DNA of 64,000 nt from Eukaryota sp. GEM-RC1 (lineage: Eukaryota). A model generated the notes under the pieces. That model was not told the origin of the DNA. It worked only from the letters and a program-made list of their open reading frames with translations, and ran no database searches. Where the stretch lies: assembly GCA_040285855.1 (NCBI GenBank), contig JAUFOQ010000006.1, positions 620,001 through 684,000 on the forward strand, given 5' to 3'. Positions 62,301-64,000 of this stretch are shown here, piece after piece. Both the position numbers and the translations under genes were made by a program. Positions within the stretch are counted from its first letter, which is position 1; each line of letters opens with the position of its first letter.

Positions 62301-62614
62301 GACGAGAAGAAATTTGGCCCCTTTGATTCAAAATGTACAATCACACCACAATGAGATGTGGAACCTCCTGCGGATGATCAATCCATGTTGACCAACCTTA
62401 GTGACCGACGCATTGTTAGTTCCTGTCCGGAAAGGAATATAAAGCTGCTGAAATTGCGGCAAAGGGATGAATCTAATCTGTATTGTCGTATCGAACGATT
62501 GGAATGAGAGATCTTCCTTCACCCATTGGATTTCCACCAAGTCTTCGCCTCAACTTGATTGATATCAGAAAGAGTGTTATGAACTTAAAATCGAACAGAA
62601 TTTATTGAAACACA

Positions 62615-62938
62615 TCAACATCGGAGGTAGACCTTCCAAGCCGTAGTAGTAATACTGGAAGTTGTACAACCACATCCATTACATTGAAGGCCGTCCGGAC
62701 CAAATTTGATAACAGCAGTGTTTCCATTGGCTCTATATCTTACAGAGGAGGATCCTGTGTTACTGGCATTAGCCCATGTCATTGGAAAAATTAAATGCTT
62801 AGGAAACTCTTCCCATCGACCAAATGACGATGTTTGTAGACGTTCGATTGTATTAGTTGAACGGTTGTGGATCTGAACCTGATAAACAGTACACCCAGAC
62901 AACACAAGAAGGAGGAGGAGACTTAGAAGAAGAGACAT
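62615..62938 (-). CDS. Small secreted beta-rich protein (107 aa)
   Basis: Signal peptide MSLLLSLLLLLVLSG; conserved with the adjacent paralogue. Confidence 0.75.
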   Translation of the reverse strand: MSLLLSLLLLLVLSGCTVYQVQIHNRSTNTIERLQTSSFGRWEEFPKHLIFPMTWANASNTGSSSVRYRANGNTAVIKFGPDGLQCNGCGCTTSSITTTAWKVYLRC

Positions 62939-63273
62939 GATGTAAAGAACATCGAGGCGAGTTGTTGAAATTGGAGTCATGTGTATTATGAAGACTCGTA
63001 CATTCAAAGCTGAACCAAAAATATATCAATAGTAAACAAAAGTGATGGTCTGTTTACGAGCAATGGTAATACGTCAAAAGTAATAGTGATTCCAAATGCT
63101 GGAGAACGACTTGGATGCGAAGTAGTCTAAAAGTAGATTCTAGGACTCTTGGAGAATGCAATAGAATGAATAAGAGGAGGTTTGTCTTGAAAGGAAAACA
63201 AGCACGAATTTAGGAAAGAAGACGTGCAAATTCTCTCTTGGGAAGGTCAAGTGGAAACCCACATCATCAACGC

Positions 63274-64000
63274 ATGAGCGCCTTCCAGAAAGCCTCTGAG
63301 GACTCCCACGCTACTACCACCAATTTTGGAATACGAAGCGCTTCTTTCTTGCATAAAGCTGAACAAAGGATATTCGTGCTTTTTCAAGCAGTATCATCAG
63401 ATGTCACGCGATTCGACTTCTTTGCCACGTTAATATTGCTGCTAGAGGTATTGCAGATGATCGGTCTCGTGCTCAATCGCTACAATTTCCCACTATGGGA
63501 CTCCCTATTTGACATGAGATTCGTTCATTGGCTTACTGTTCCACTCCACCTCTACTGAGTTTGATGTTCGATTATGGTCACTTTACGTTATTACAGTTGT
63601 TGCAATGACTGTCATTTTCTTATCGCTTTCCCTTATCTTAGCTCTTACATCTGAATGCCTTGAATACTCCCTCAAACTCGTTCTTGTCAAAGGCTCGTTT
63701 CATCTCTTATGTACACTCTTTTATATACCACTGACATCCGTAATTTTGTCCTTTATGTTCTGCTCTCCTCAAAATGATGACGTTTCTCTCAACTTTCGAA
63801 CCCTTTTCGATGAATCAAACTGTTGGGGAATTCAGTCCATTTTAATTCGATCGTCCCTTCTACTACTTCTAGTTTTGCTCTTCAGTTGTGTTCTCAGCTA
63901 TCACCTGTGTTGTTATGATGGTAACCCATGTTCCAAAAGACCCTTTGCTAGAGCACACTCTCATGTCCAATTCTGGTTGTTTCTCTCTAAATCTGTTCTA
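63274..64000 (+). CDS. N-terminal part of a TmcB-like multi-pass membrane protein (frameshift near 63550; runs off the window)
   Basis: Successive TM helices with LEVLQMIG, FYIP...L....C...CWG and PFARAH motifs. Confidence 0.55.

Overview
This is AT-rich eukaryotic DNA from a flagellated protist. SAS-6, tiny GT-AG introns with a branch point fused to the 3' splice site, and expanded RI-like LRR and TmcB-like families point to a metamonad-like organism, but that is inference. Host genes are SAS-6, a 3-exon aspartate aminotransferase, tRNA-Ile(AAT), an HD hydrolase, LRR, PH-LRR, ARM, SHIPPO-repeat and TmcB-like genes, a membrane kinase, small secreted proteins, and an inverted pair of paralogues with independent acidic repeat expansions. 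These are interleaved with hAT and Tc1-type MITEs, relics of a REL/CRE-type non-LTR retrotransposon, and a full-length chromodomain Ty3/Gypsy element with 78-bp LTRs. Many ORFs are broken by 1-nt indels in homopolymers, probably long-read errors. The standout is a ~9 kb minus-strand cassette (~48.3-57.0 kb) of two genes that start with an identical 30-nt hairpin/MCQENIFSRGV leader followed by a 2A (StopGo) motif. Gene 1 is a Upf1-like SF1 helicase. Gene 2 reconstructs as one polyprotein, 2A-Ulp1-Ulp1-PolB-type 3'-5' exonuclease-Fanzor. Its protease and exonuclease catalytic residues are intact, but two of the three RuvC acidic residues are substituted. It is followed by a duplicated hairpin module that could be omegaRNA(s). 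This is a candidate RNA-guided, nuclease-dead Fanzor effector system, although this copy also shows decay (two in-frame stops).
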